Below are positions 49,701 through 56,765 of a stretch of DNA of 64,000 nt, in pieces. The notes below the pieces were generated by a model. It was not told the origin of the DNA. It ran no database searches and was given only the letters and a program-made list of their open reading frames with translations. How positions within the stretch are numbered: position 1 is the stretch's first letter; each line of letters starts with the position of its first letter. Source of the DNA: Planctomycetota bacterium (GTDB lineage: Bacteria; Planctomycetota; JAJSAM01; JAJVHW01); NCBI GenBank assembly GCA_022072415.1, contig JAJVHW010000063.1, forward strand, positions 12,358-76,357. The letters run 5' to 3'. A program made the position numbers and the translations under genes.

Positions 49701-50096
49701 GCGCGTCACCACGTCGCCGCAGGCCTTGCGGTACTTCTGGATCAGGTCGCGGAGCTCCTCGGGGTCGAGTTCCGCCGCGAGCGCGGTGGAACCGACGAGG
49801 TCGCAGAACATCACGGTGAGCTGGCGGCGCTCGCCGACGGGCTGCACCGCGGCGGTGTCCGGCGCGGACGGCGCGGCGGGGGCCGCCGACTTCGGAGCGC
49901 GGAGCGCCTCGATCGCGACCGCGAGGCGGCGGCGGGGGCCGATCGGAAGCCCGAGGCGGTCGAGGTCCGCGTCGGTCAGGTGCGGGAGGTCCTCGAGCGT
50001 GATCTCGTTGTCCGCGAACACGGCGGCGTGCTTCTCGAGCCCCGCCTTCTGCAGCCACGCGGCCAGTCTGCCGTCGCCGTCGCCACCGTCGCTCAC
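46725..50096 (-). CDS. SAM (sterile alpha motif) domain / class III adenylate-guanylate cyclase / AAA-STAND ATPase / TPR multidomain protein
   Basis: SAM-like N-terminus: LAAWLQKAGLEKHAAVFADNEITLEDLPHLTDADLDRLGLPIGPRRRL. Cyclase: RRQLTVMFCDLVGST, GDGLMVYFG, RIGLATGAVVVGD, GEAPNLAARLQ. P-loop GEAGIGKS. Long TPR-like C-terminus. The GTG start overlaps the upstream stop (GTGA at 50093..50096). Confidence 0.9.
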   Translation of the reverse strand: MSDGGDGDGRLAAWLQKAGLEKHAAVFADNEITLEDLPHLTDADLDRLGLPIGPRRRLAVAIEALRAPKSAAPAAPSAPDTAAVQPVGERRQLTVMFCDLVGSTALAAELDPEELRDLIQKYRKACGDVVTRYDGHVAQYLGDGLMVYFGWPAAHEDNAERGVRAALEMVQAVKTIRAARPLAVRIGLATGAVVVGDASEGGTTEARLAVGEAPNLAARLQALAGTDEVVIGPSTRRLVRNAFALSDLGEHRLKGFADPVSVFRVDGVRRTGGRFDAAQAGGDLAGMIGREEEITLLHDRWRRAKDGEGQVVCVGGEAGIGKSRLSHGLRERIVEPHAELRYQCSPYHLHSALYPFVEQCETAAGFARDDTPAQRLAKLEASLVGTPAQVAAAAPFLAALLSLPTDGYPPIQLPPQKRKERTLEALAAQVVGRARTEPVLVVFEDLHWLDPTSQELLDALVPRIRDLPVMVLATHRPEYAVPWSGQSHVSTIGLSRLERGSVAAIVAGVTGGRELPPEVLAHIVSHTDGVPLFVEELTKSVLESGLLSLKDGRWTLDAPLPTLAVPTSLKDSLAARLDRLGAVKEIAQLGACIGREFPHDLLAAVSSFRGGDLDAGLARLLESGLITRRGEAPDAVYTFKHALVQDAAYDLLLKSRRQQLHAQLAHALETTFAAQVTGRPERVAHHHTQAGNVDSAIPLWRQAGTLAIARVALQEAVAHLSAALRLIGQVPPSGDRDALELSIREQLNAAHAGLRGWAAQEIGVNTEAILRLARGRGNAQQHILGLWWMWTNTITQGRIADSQPYADELLAACAAADDPDLRLFGPAAAMVSNFFLADLPKARAHADRVLSLYDASRAERWIRLTGHDLRNFVEVYSHQWIWMEGRPDTALEVSRGAEAHARKVGHAFNLVWSLTFGSYAWAYRREAEPLRKRVEDLDRMARDQGIAFMYQVSIPQLAAFEKLHSGRVREAAADLRRTIDAWTGVGGRVRVPFLKSALAQATAMQGDLAGAAGLIEECLEQIERPAYQERIWLPEILRLKGWVLSRQGRTAEGEAQLRAAVDTARRHGTKSWELRAATTLAELLRDRGDAAGAREVLEPVCAWFTEGAGTKDVTEARSLLASL

Positions 50097-51535
50097 GGGC
50101 CGAGCCTAGCCGAGGCGGCGGTCGCGGCGCTTCGATTCGCGCCGGCCACGAGGAGTCCGCGTCCGGCGAGCCACTCGACGAGCGCGAACGCCGCGCGCGA
50201 AGGCATCCGCGACGCCCACTGCTGCGCGAGGGCGAGGGGCGCGGCGTCGCCCCGGACGGAGCGGAGGAGCGGCGCGAGCTCGTGGCCCGCGAGGAACGCG
50301 ACCGGCTCGTCGAGCGCGGGATGCGAGACGGCGGCGCGCGAGGAGACGAAGTCGGCGTCGAGGCAGGGGATCTCGGGGAACGAGCACTCGGAGGAGACGG
50401 CGAGTTCGGCGTGCGACGACCAGTCGACCGGAACGCGATGCGGCTCTTCGAGCGGAGCCGTCGCGGCGCGCGCCGTCCAGAACGGACCCGTCCGGCCCGC
50501 CGCGGCATAGTGCGATCCGGCCCACGCCGCGTGACGGTCGTACGCCGAGAGCAGCGCGCTCCGATGGAACGACTCCGCGAGACCGGAGCGCTCCGGGCGG
50601 CGAAGGAGCGTGTTCACGACGACCGCGCCGGACACCGCGGACTGGATCGCCCGCTGCACGCCGCTCGAGGCGAGCGGGTCGAGGGCGAGCGCGGCGTCGC
50701 CCACGCGGATGTGGTGCGTCGAGACCGGATCGCCGGCGAGCCGCGGCGTCGCGTCGGACGCGCGCACCGGACCGTCCTGCACGAGACCTTCGCAGCCTTC
50801 GAAGAGGCGCGAACCGCTCATCAGCGCGCGGAAGCGGTCCTCGGGCGACGTTCCGCGCGGCGCGGCGTCCCTGTCGGCGAAGACGAGCGTGTTGTAGGTG
50901 CCGTCGGGGATCGGCACGCCCCAGCGCCAGCCGTGCTCTGCCGCCTCGATGCGCGGCGCGTCGGGAAGCCGCGCTCCGCGCCAGTACGCGAAGAGCGCGA
51001 CGGTGGGGGCGCCCTCGCGGAGCGGCGCGACGGACGTCGGCGACGACCGCCCGCCCGCGAACGCGACGAAGCGCGCGGAGATTTCGGTGCGACCGCCGGC
51101 ATGGTCCGCGGCGACGCGCCATCCGCAGTCGGCTCGCGTCGGGGCCGGGGCCGGGGCCCTCGCCGCCGCCGGCTGGAGCACGCGCACTCCGCACGACCGC
51201 GCATGGTCGAGCAGCAGGGCGTCGAACCGCCCGCGGTCGACGAGGAGGCCGCCGTCGCCCGACGGCGCGTCGCGGCGGACGGGAGACGACGTCCACTCGA
51301 CGTCCACGCGCGGCGCGGCCGGGAACCCGGCGGCCTCGACCGCGGCGCGGGCGCCCGATGCCTCGAGGAGCGGGAGCACTCCGGGCGTGAGCGACTCGCC
51401 GACGTGGCGGCGCGGAAAGCCGTCGCGCTCGACGAGGCACACGTCGTGCCCGAGCTGCGCGAGGCGCGCCGCGAGCGTGGCGCCCGCGGGGCCGCCGCCG
51501 ATCACCACGACGTCTGCGCGGACTTCCTCCGTCAT
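50093..51535 (-). CDS. FAD-dependent oxidoreductase of the LodB / flavin-halogenase-like class with a C-terminal PqqD-like extension
   Basis: Start at MTEEVRAD (ATG ending at 51535). Dinucleotide fold VVVIGGGPAGATLAARLAQLGHDVCLVE. GWRWGVPIP (WxWxIP-like) and GDAALALDPLASSGV. The last ~110 aa (…VAFLAGHELAPLLRSV…ALVEWLAGRGLLV) resemble a PqqD/RRE winged helix. Confidence 0.75.
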   Translation of the reverse strand: MTEEVRADVVVIGGGPAGATLAARLAQLGHDVCLVERDGFPRRHVGESLTPGVLPLLEASGARAAVEAAGFPAAPRVDVEWTSSPVRRDAPSGDGGLLVDRGRFDALLLDHARSCGVRVLQPAAARAPAPAPTRADCGWRVAADHAGGRTEISARFVAFAGGRSSPTSVAPLREGAPTVALFAYWRGARLPDAPRIEAAEHGWRWGVPIPDGTYNTLVFADRDAAPRGTSPEDRFRALMSGSRLFEGCEGLVQDGPVRASDATPRLAGDPVSTHHIRVGDAALALDPLASSGVQRAIQSAVSGAVVVNTLLRRPERSGLAESFHRSALLSAYDRHAAWAGSHYAAAGRTGPFWTARAATAPLEEPHRVPVDWSSHAELAVSSECSFPEIPCLDADFVSSRAAVSHPALDEPVAFLAGHELAPLLRSVRGDAAPLALAQQWASRMPSRAAFALVEWLAGRGLLVAGANRSAATAASARLGP

Positions 51536-51542
51536 CGGCGGC

Positions 51543-52922
51543 TCAGCCCGTCCCGATGCGCTCCGCCGCCGGCGCCGCCTCCTCGAACCGGCGGCGCGGC
51601 AGCCGCAGGTAGACCTCGAGGCAGTGGTGGAGCCAGCCGCGGATGTAGTCGCACGCGGGGCGCCCGCGACGGATCGCCTCGTGGTGGCAGCCGCCGCCGC
51701 ACATGTAGCGCGCCCAGCAGCTCGCGCACGGCTCCTGGCGGTGGACGTGGCGGTCGGTGAGCCACGCGATCTGGCGGCCGCGGTCCACGCCGCCCGCGAC
51801 GCTTCCCATCGCGCCGCCCGAGTCGCCGACGAACCGGTGGCACGCCGACAGCTCTCCGTCGGCCGACACGCCGAGGTACCCCGCCCCCGCGCCGCATGGA
51901 TACGGCCGGTGCGTGCCCTTCTCGATCTCGCGGAGCGCATTGACGAGGTTCGCGAACGGGAAGCGCTCGCCGCGGGCGGTGCGCCGCTCGTACTCGCGGC
52001 CGCATCCGATCATCTCGCCGAGCATCGTCTCGAGGTCGGCCGCCTGCATCTCGCCGTTCCCGCCGGAGGACGCGAGCATCGGCGAGAACCCGACGCTGTA
52101 GAATCCCTCCGCGACGAACTCGCGGAGCGTCTCGCGCAGACCGAGGTTCCGCGGCGTGACGGTGACGCGCGCCGAGACCTGCATCTTCCGCTGCCGCGCG
52201 AGGAGCGGCCGCACGTTCGCGAGGATCCGGTCGTAGCTCCCGCGCCCCCGGCGGTCGGGGCGGAGCAGGTCGTGGACCGCCCGCGGACCGTCGAGGCTGA
52301 CCGTCACGGCGAACCCGTGCTCCTCGAAGAAGTCGCCGTCGTCCGCGGTGAGCAGCGTGCCGTTCGTGGTGATCGAGAACGAGACGTTCACGCCGCGCCG
52401 CTCTCCCAGCTCCTTCGCGTGGAGCGTCGCCGCGCGGAGCACGTCGCGCGCGACGAGCGGCTCGCCGCCGAGGAACGCGAGCGTGGTCCGCGCGCCGGGC
52501 TCCGCGCGGCCGACGAGCATCTCGACCGAGCGGAGCGCCGTCTCGACCGGCATGCTCTTCGCCGGGCCGCCGAAGTCGCCCTGCTGCGCGTAGCAGTAGC
52601 CGCAGCCGAGGTTGCACTTCTGCGCGACGGCGAGCGAGAGCGCGTGGACCGGCGGCGGGTCGAGCGGCGTGTCGTCGATCCGCGGCGGGCCCGCGAGCCC
52701 GGCGGCGGCGAGCACGGCGCCGATCTCCTCGCCCGTCGTCGCGGCGCGGAGCCGCGCGACGAGCGCCGGGTCCGCGTCGAAGAGCTGCGAGCCGTCGGCC
52801 GCGAGGAGGCTCCACCCGGACGCCGCGCGGAGAAGGTGGAAGCGCGGGTCCCGCGGGGCCGACGCCTCCATGCACCTGCGCGCCTCGGCGCGGAGGTCCT
52901 CCTCCTGCGCGGCCGCCGTCAC
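51543..52922 (-). CDS. Radical SAM / SPASM-domain enzyme
   Basis: CNLGCGYCY (Cys codons at 52614..52616, 52602..52604 and 52593..52595), GGEPL, SITTNGTLL. The C-terminal Cys-rich SPASM region is YPCGAG...CHRF...CASCWARYMCGGGCHHE. I take the GTG at 52922, which overlaps the upstream stop (GTGA) and has GAGG upstream. An alternative ATG lies at 52871. Confidence 0.85.
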   Translation of the reverse strand: MTAAAQEEDLRAEARRCMEASAPRDPRFHLLRAASGWSLLAADGSQLFDADPALVARLRAATTGEEIGAVLAAAGLAGPPRIDDTPLDPPPVHALSLAVAQKCNLGCGYCYAQQGDFGGPAKSMPVETALRSVEMLVGRAEPGARTTLAFLGGEPLVARDVLRAATLHAKELGERRGVNVSFSITTNGTLLTADDGDFFEEHGFAVTVSLDGPRAVHDLLRPDRRGRGSYDRILANVRPLLARQRKMQVSARVTVTPRNLGLRETLREFVAEGFYSVGFSPMLASSGGNGEMQAADLETMLGEMIGCGREYERRTARGERFPFANLVNALREIEKGTHRPYPCGAGAGYLGVSADGELSACHRFVGDSGGAMGSVAGGVDRGRQIAWLTDRHVHRQEPCASCWARYMCGGGCHHEAIRRGRPACDYIRGWLHHCLEVYLRLPRRRFEEAAPAAERIGTG

Positions 52923-55222
52923 TTCGCCTCGCCGGGCGCGTCGCGTCCGCGGAGCTGCACGCGGAGCCACTTCTCCCAGTCGTGGAAGAGCCGGTCGTAG
53001 TCCACGAGCCGCGCGTCCATGTAGTCGTCCGGCACGTACTTGCCCGACCGCTCGATCTGCATCCAGTTGTCGCCGGTGCTGCGGCCTTCGCGCGTGACCT
53101 CGACGTTCACGAAGTCGGGCCGCGCCGACGCCCAGTAGTAGCAGGAGCACTCGCGGTAGTCGTTCTGCCACGGCGAGCAGAGCCCCTGCGTGAGCTCTCC
53201 CGGCTGCGCGAGCGCGCGCGAGATCACGACCGTGCCCGGCTCGAAGAACGGTCGCACGGTCAGCTCGACGCTGATGCTCGTCTTCTCGTTCCAGGGAGTC
53301 GGGACGTACCACTCCTCGGCGGCGCTGAAGTCGCAGACGACCTTCTTGCCGACGCTCTTCCAGAGCAGGTGCGCGAGCGCGTTCGACCACTCGAGTGGCG
53401 CGAGCCCGTGCGGGTTCCCCTCGTAGGGGACGGTCGCGGAGTCGTCCGGATCGAGCGTGTTCGGGCCGCGCATCACCGCGGTCGTGGGGATCCCCCCGAT
53501 CCGCTGCAGGCGGTGGCGGTGGAGACGCTTCAGCGCCGGGCGGTCGGACTCGACGTCCACCACCAGGCTGTCGTACTCGCGGAGCACGAGCCCCTCGAGC
53601 ATCCGGCGCCAGACCGCGCGGAAGTCCACTTCGAGCCCCGGGCAGCAGTTGGAGATCGACGTCTCGATCCGGGAGCTGACGGGGTTCCCCGCGGCGGCGT
53701 AGTGGAGCTGCGCGCTGCGGTTCCGCGGCGTGAGCGCGGGGGCGGCGGGCGCCTTCGGCTCCGCGGACGAGGTCGGATCGATCGGCCCCTCGAAGGGCTG
53801 CGCCCGCGCGGCCTTGCCGATCGTGTCGATCATGCGGTAGGTGAGCGCGAGATAGTTGTTGTCGCCGCCGATCATGAGCGCCGGCATCTTGCGGCGCCCG
53901 GCGTCGGTGTAGTCGGCCGCCTCCTCGGGCCGCCGGAGCAGCCGTGCGAACCACGGCGCGGCGCCGCTCCGGAGCGCCGTGTAGACCTGCTGGTGGAGCG
54001 CGAGCACCGCCGCCGTGTCGGCCGTCTCCGGCGACATGATGGGCCGGCCGGGCCGCTGCGTGTCGGCCGCCTCCTCGTAGGGCATCGTGTCGAACAGCAG
54101 CGCGGGGCGGCCGTCCACGTCGTTCCCGTTCATGACCTCGACGTTGAGGAAGCGCACGGTCTCGAACGCGCGGCGGACGATGTCCTCGGCGCGCGCGCGC
54201 GTGACCTCGGGCGGTTCGTCGGCGGGCACCTCGGGGCCGAAGAGGACCTGGTCGAGGTCGTCGGCGAGCGTCCGCACGAAGAGCGAATCGGGGATCACCA
54301 TGGGCGGACCCGACGTGACGCGCGCCGCCGCGGAGAGCCCCTTTCCGCGCAGCCGCACCTCGACGATCCCGTCGCACGTGTCGTCGAGGAACCCGCGGCT
54401 CTTCGCCGCGTTGCCGTAGAGCCACGGCGGCGCCGGCGGGACGATCGCGAAGAGCGACGGGGGAAGCGTGTCGTTCCAGTACTCGCGCGGCTTGCCGGGG
54501 AACTCGTCGCTGTCGATGGCCGGCGGGACCTCGAAGCCGGGCCAATTGCCCTTGCCGTAGACGCGGAGTTCCGGCGGCGGGACGTACTGCCCCGGATCGT
54601 CGAACTCGACGGGCTTCTTCGGACCGTAGATGAGCCCCGTCGCGGGCGTGAAGCGGAGGCGCAGCCCGGGGAAGCGCTCGTTCGGGCGGATGAACCGCAC
54701 GCTGCCGAAGCCGACCTTGCCGTCCTTCACGAAGTGCGGGCAATGCCCGTCGAGCGCGACCGGATCGTGGTGGCGGAACCAGCCCGTCTTCGCGGTGACG
54801 GTGTCCTCCTCGTCTCCCGTGCGGCGCGCGACCTTGCGGTTGGCGACGTGGACGCTCCACTCGACGTCCGCGAGAGACAGCCCGTTCTCGTCGAGCAGAT
54901 CCTCCGTGAGCGGGACCAGATCGCCGTCCGGCTGCGAACCCGCCGCCGGATCGAGGACCGCGAACACCTCGAGGAACGGCGCCACGCGGCGGAACTTCCC
55001 GTCGTCCTTGAACGCGATCTCCGCGGGCACGAACGACTCGCGGATCTCGCCGGTCGCGTCGTCCACGACGAGCGTCTCCGCGGGGACGATCCGGCGGAAC
55101 CCGGTCGGGTCCGCGGGGTCGTCCTCGAGCGTGTAGTTGTCCATCATCCGGGGCGACGAGCCCTGCCGCCCGATCGCCAGAGGCGGGAGGATGCGGAGTT
55201 CGCGGATCCTGCGGGCCTTCAT
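52919..55222 (-). CDS. LodA-like protein (homologue of cysteine-tryptophylquinone L-lysine epsilon-oxidase / glycine oxidase GoxA family)
   Basis: Start MKARRIRELRILPPLAIGRQGSS (compare LodA HPSIGVARLGN). VEWSVHVANRKVA (compare IEWTVHLANKKAA). FLDDTCDGIVEV (compare WYDDISDGSVTC). ISNCCPGLEVDF (compare IGNCVGLPMCPGIEMTW). LCSPWQNDYRECSCYYWASARPD (compare ACPWQADFFNC...YWWPPQSP). The comparison uses the Marinomonas LodA sequence as I remember it. ATGA overlap with the upstream gene. Confidence 0.75.
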   Translation of the reverse strand: MKARRIRELRILPPLAIGRQGSSPRMMDNYTLEDDPADPTGFRRIVPAETLVVDDATGEIRESFVPAEIAFKDDGKFRRVAPFLEVFAVLDPAAGSQPDGDLVPLTEDLLDENGLSLADVEWSVHVANRKVARRTGDEEDTVTAKTGWFRHHDPVALDGHCPHFVKDGKVGFGSVRFIRPNERFPGLRLRFTPATGLIYGPKKPVEFDDPGQYVPPPELRVYGKGNWPGFEVPPAIDSDEFPGKPREYWNDTLPPSLFAIVPPAPPWLYGNAAKSRGFLDDTCDGIVEVRLRGKGLSAAARVTSGPPMVIPDSLFVRTLADDLDQVLFGPEVPADEPPEVTRARAEDIVRRAFETVRFLNVEVMNGNDVDGRPALLFDTMPYEEAADTQRPGRPIMSPETADTAAVLALHQQVYTALRSGAAPWFARLLRRPEEAADYTDAGRRKMPALMIGGDNNYLALTYRMIDTIGKAARAQPFEGPIDPTSSAEPKAPAAPALTPRNRSAQLHYAAAGNPVSSRIETSISNCCPGLEVDFRAVWRRMLEGLVLREYDSLVVDVESDRPALKRLHRHRLQRIGGIPTTAVMRGPNTLDPDDSATVPYEGNPHGLAPLEWSNALAHLLWKSVGKKVVCDFSAAEEWYVPTPWNEKTSISVELTVRPFFEPGTVVISRALAQPGELTQGLCSPWQNDYRECSCYYWASARPDFVNVEVTREGRSTGDNWMQIERSGKYVPDDYMDARLVDYDRLFHDWEKWLRVQLRGRDAPGEAK

Positions 55223-56673
55223 CGGCGCACCCCCTCGCGGCCGGCTCCGAGGCCGGCGAGCACACGGTCGATCCACTCGATCCCCTGCGAGTCCACGGCC
55301 TGCATCACGGTCAGCGCGCGCGCCGAGTCCGGGGCGCGGTCGGCGCGGAGGAGGTCGGCGCAGAGGGACGTCGATTCGCGGAGCAGCTCGCGGTGGAACA
55401 CCCAGCAGTCGGCGTCCGACTCGGGCAGCACGAGCGTGTACGGCATCTCGAACGGCGGCCCCGCGCGCCGCGGATCCGCGCGGTCCGCCGTGAGCGGCGA
55501 ACGCACGAGGATCCCCGCGCACGTCTTCATGTTGTACATCTCGCCGAAGATGCGGTGGAGCACCATGCCGCGCAGCCGCCGCGACGCGGCGCCCGAGTCG
55601 CCGCCGGAGAGGCGGAACCAGAACGTCATCCACATGAGCGCCATGCGGTAGCGCAGGTTGAAGAGCTGCGCCCACGAGCGCGAGGTCTCGGACTCGATCC
55701 ACGAGTGGCGAGGCGACCGGCGCAGGTCCGGGTTCGCGGTGGGGTTCGCGGCCACGTCGCGCGCGTACGCCCACGGCTTCCGCGCCGCGTCGCGCGCCTC
55801 GATGCCGCGCCAGATCTCGGCGAAGCGGTCGAAGTGCGAGGGCTCGTCGCCGGAGTCGACGTTCGCCGCGGCGAGATGGGGCGCCTCGCCCTGCGCGGCG
55901 ATCTGGCGGAGCCCCGCGAGCGCGTCGGTGCGGGTCGCCATCTGCGCCACCACCACGGTCGCCTTGCGATCCTCCATGGCCACCGCGTCGCGGCCGTACG
56001 GCCGGCGGAGCTTCGGATCGAGGGAGGGATTCGCCAGCGTCGCCGCGGTCTCGGGCATGTACCCCTTGCCCCACTCGGCGAACGAGGCCTGCGCGCCGTA
56101 CGTTCCCGCGCGGAACGTCTCGTCGGGGATCCGCGACTCGTCGCCCACCAGTTCGATCAGCTTCTCGTAGAGCGTGCCGACGTGGTGGACGCGGCCCGCC
56201 GACTCCGGGACCTTCAGGCGCCGCACCACCGCGTTCGCCACCCGCACGTCCTCGGCCGAGGCGTCGGACGGCATCTCCGGGGGCATCTCCGCGTAGACGT
56301 AGCGCGTGATGGTCTCCATGTCGAGCGCGCGGAGCTGGAACGGGAACGGGAAGTAGTCCGTGTCGAACGGGATGTTGCGCCGGTTGAAGCAGACGGGTCC
56401 GCCGACGAGCGTGAGGAGATTCTGCACGCTGACGAGGTGCCCCATCTCCTCGCGGGCGATCGTGAGCAGCATGTCCTGCCACCGCCGGACCTCGTGCCGC
56501 TTCGCGGCCGGGACCTGGTCGCCGCCCAGCGAGTACGCCGCGAAGAGGTACTGGACGAGCTGCGCGTGCTCGATCTCGGCGCCGATGCCGAGGAGCATGC
56601 AGAGATAGTCGCGCCACGACATGCCCGGCGCCCTGTCCGGATGGGACGAGGGCTTGACTGCGGATCGTTTCAC
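55219..56673 (-). CDS. Ferritin-like domain protein (Pfam Ferritin-like family, the VioB/RebD-type domain)
   Basis: GAEIEHAQLVQYLFAAYSL ... LTIAREEMGHLVSVQNLLTLVGGP ... FPFPFQLRAL ... RYVYAEMP matches the two-helix E..H / EE..H signature of this family. GTG start at 56673, alternative ATG at 56622. Confidence 0.7.
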   Translation of the reverse strand: MKRSAVKPSSHPDRAPGMSWRDYLCMLLGIGAEIEHAQLVQYLFAAYSLGGDQVPAAKRHEVRRWQDMLLTIAREEMGHLVSVQNLLTLVGGPVCFNRRNIPFDTDYFPFPFQLRALDMETITRYVYAEMPPEMPSDASAEDVRVANAVVRRLKVPESAGRVHHVGTLYEKLIELVGDESRIPDETFRAGTYGAQASFAEWGKGYMPETAATLANPSLDPKLRRPYGRDAVAMEDRKATVVVAQMATRTDALAGLRQIAAQGEAPHLAAANVDSGDEPSHFDRFAEIWRGIEARDAARKPWAYARDVAANPTANPDLRRSPRHSWIESETSRSWAQLFNLRYRMALMWMTFWFRLSGGDSGAASRRLRGMVLHRIFGEMYNMKTCAGILVRSPLTADRADPRRAGPPFEMPYTLVLPESDADCWVFHRELLRESTSLCADLLRADRAPDSARALTVMQAVDSQGIEWIDRVLAGLGAGREGVRR

Positions 56674-56765
56674 GTGATGGCCCTCCCGGCCGCATCGAGG
56701 CAGAACCGCGAGTCTACGCAGGTCGCAGCGCCCGTTTCAAAGGGCGTTCCCAGTATCATCCGCGC

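Noticed and set aside
46569-50510. Two >1280-aa ORFs (46569..50510 + and 46639..50508 -) overlapping the cyclase/STAND gene
   Set aside because: Arg/Gly/Pro/Glu-dominated nonsense translations. The frame 46725..50096 (-) contains SAM, cyclase, P-loop and TPR motifs.
51543-56695. A 1240-aa ORF (51543..55265 -) and a 1258-aa ORF (52919..56695 -) that would merge neighbouring genes. Also the antisense ORFs 52982..55651 (+), 55393..56769 (+) and 50898..53000 (+).
   Set aside because: The upstream halves of the two minus-strand ORFs are shadow sequence over the adjacent real genes in other frames. The real starts are defined by where motif-bearing sequence begins and by the GTGA/ATGA overlaps. 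The plus-strand ORFs are Arg/Glu/Pro-rich artefacts.
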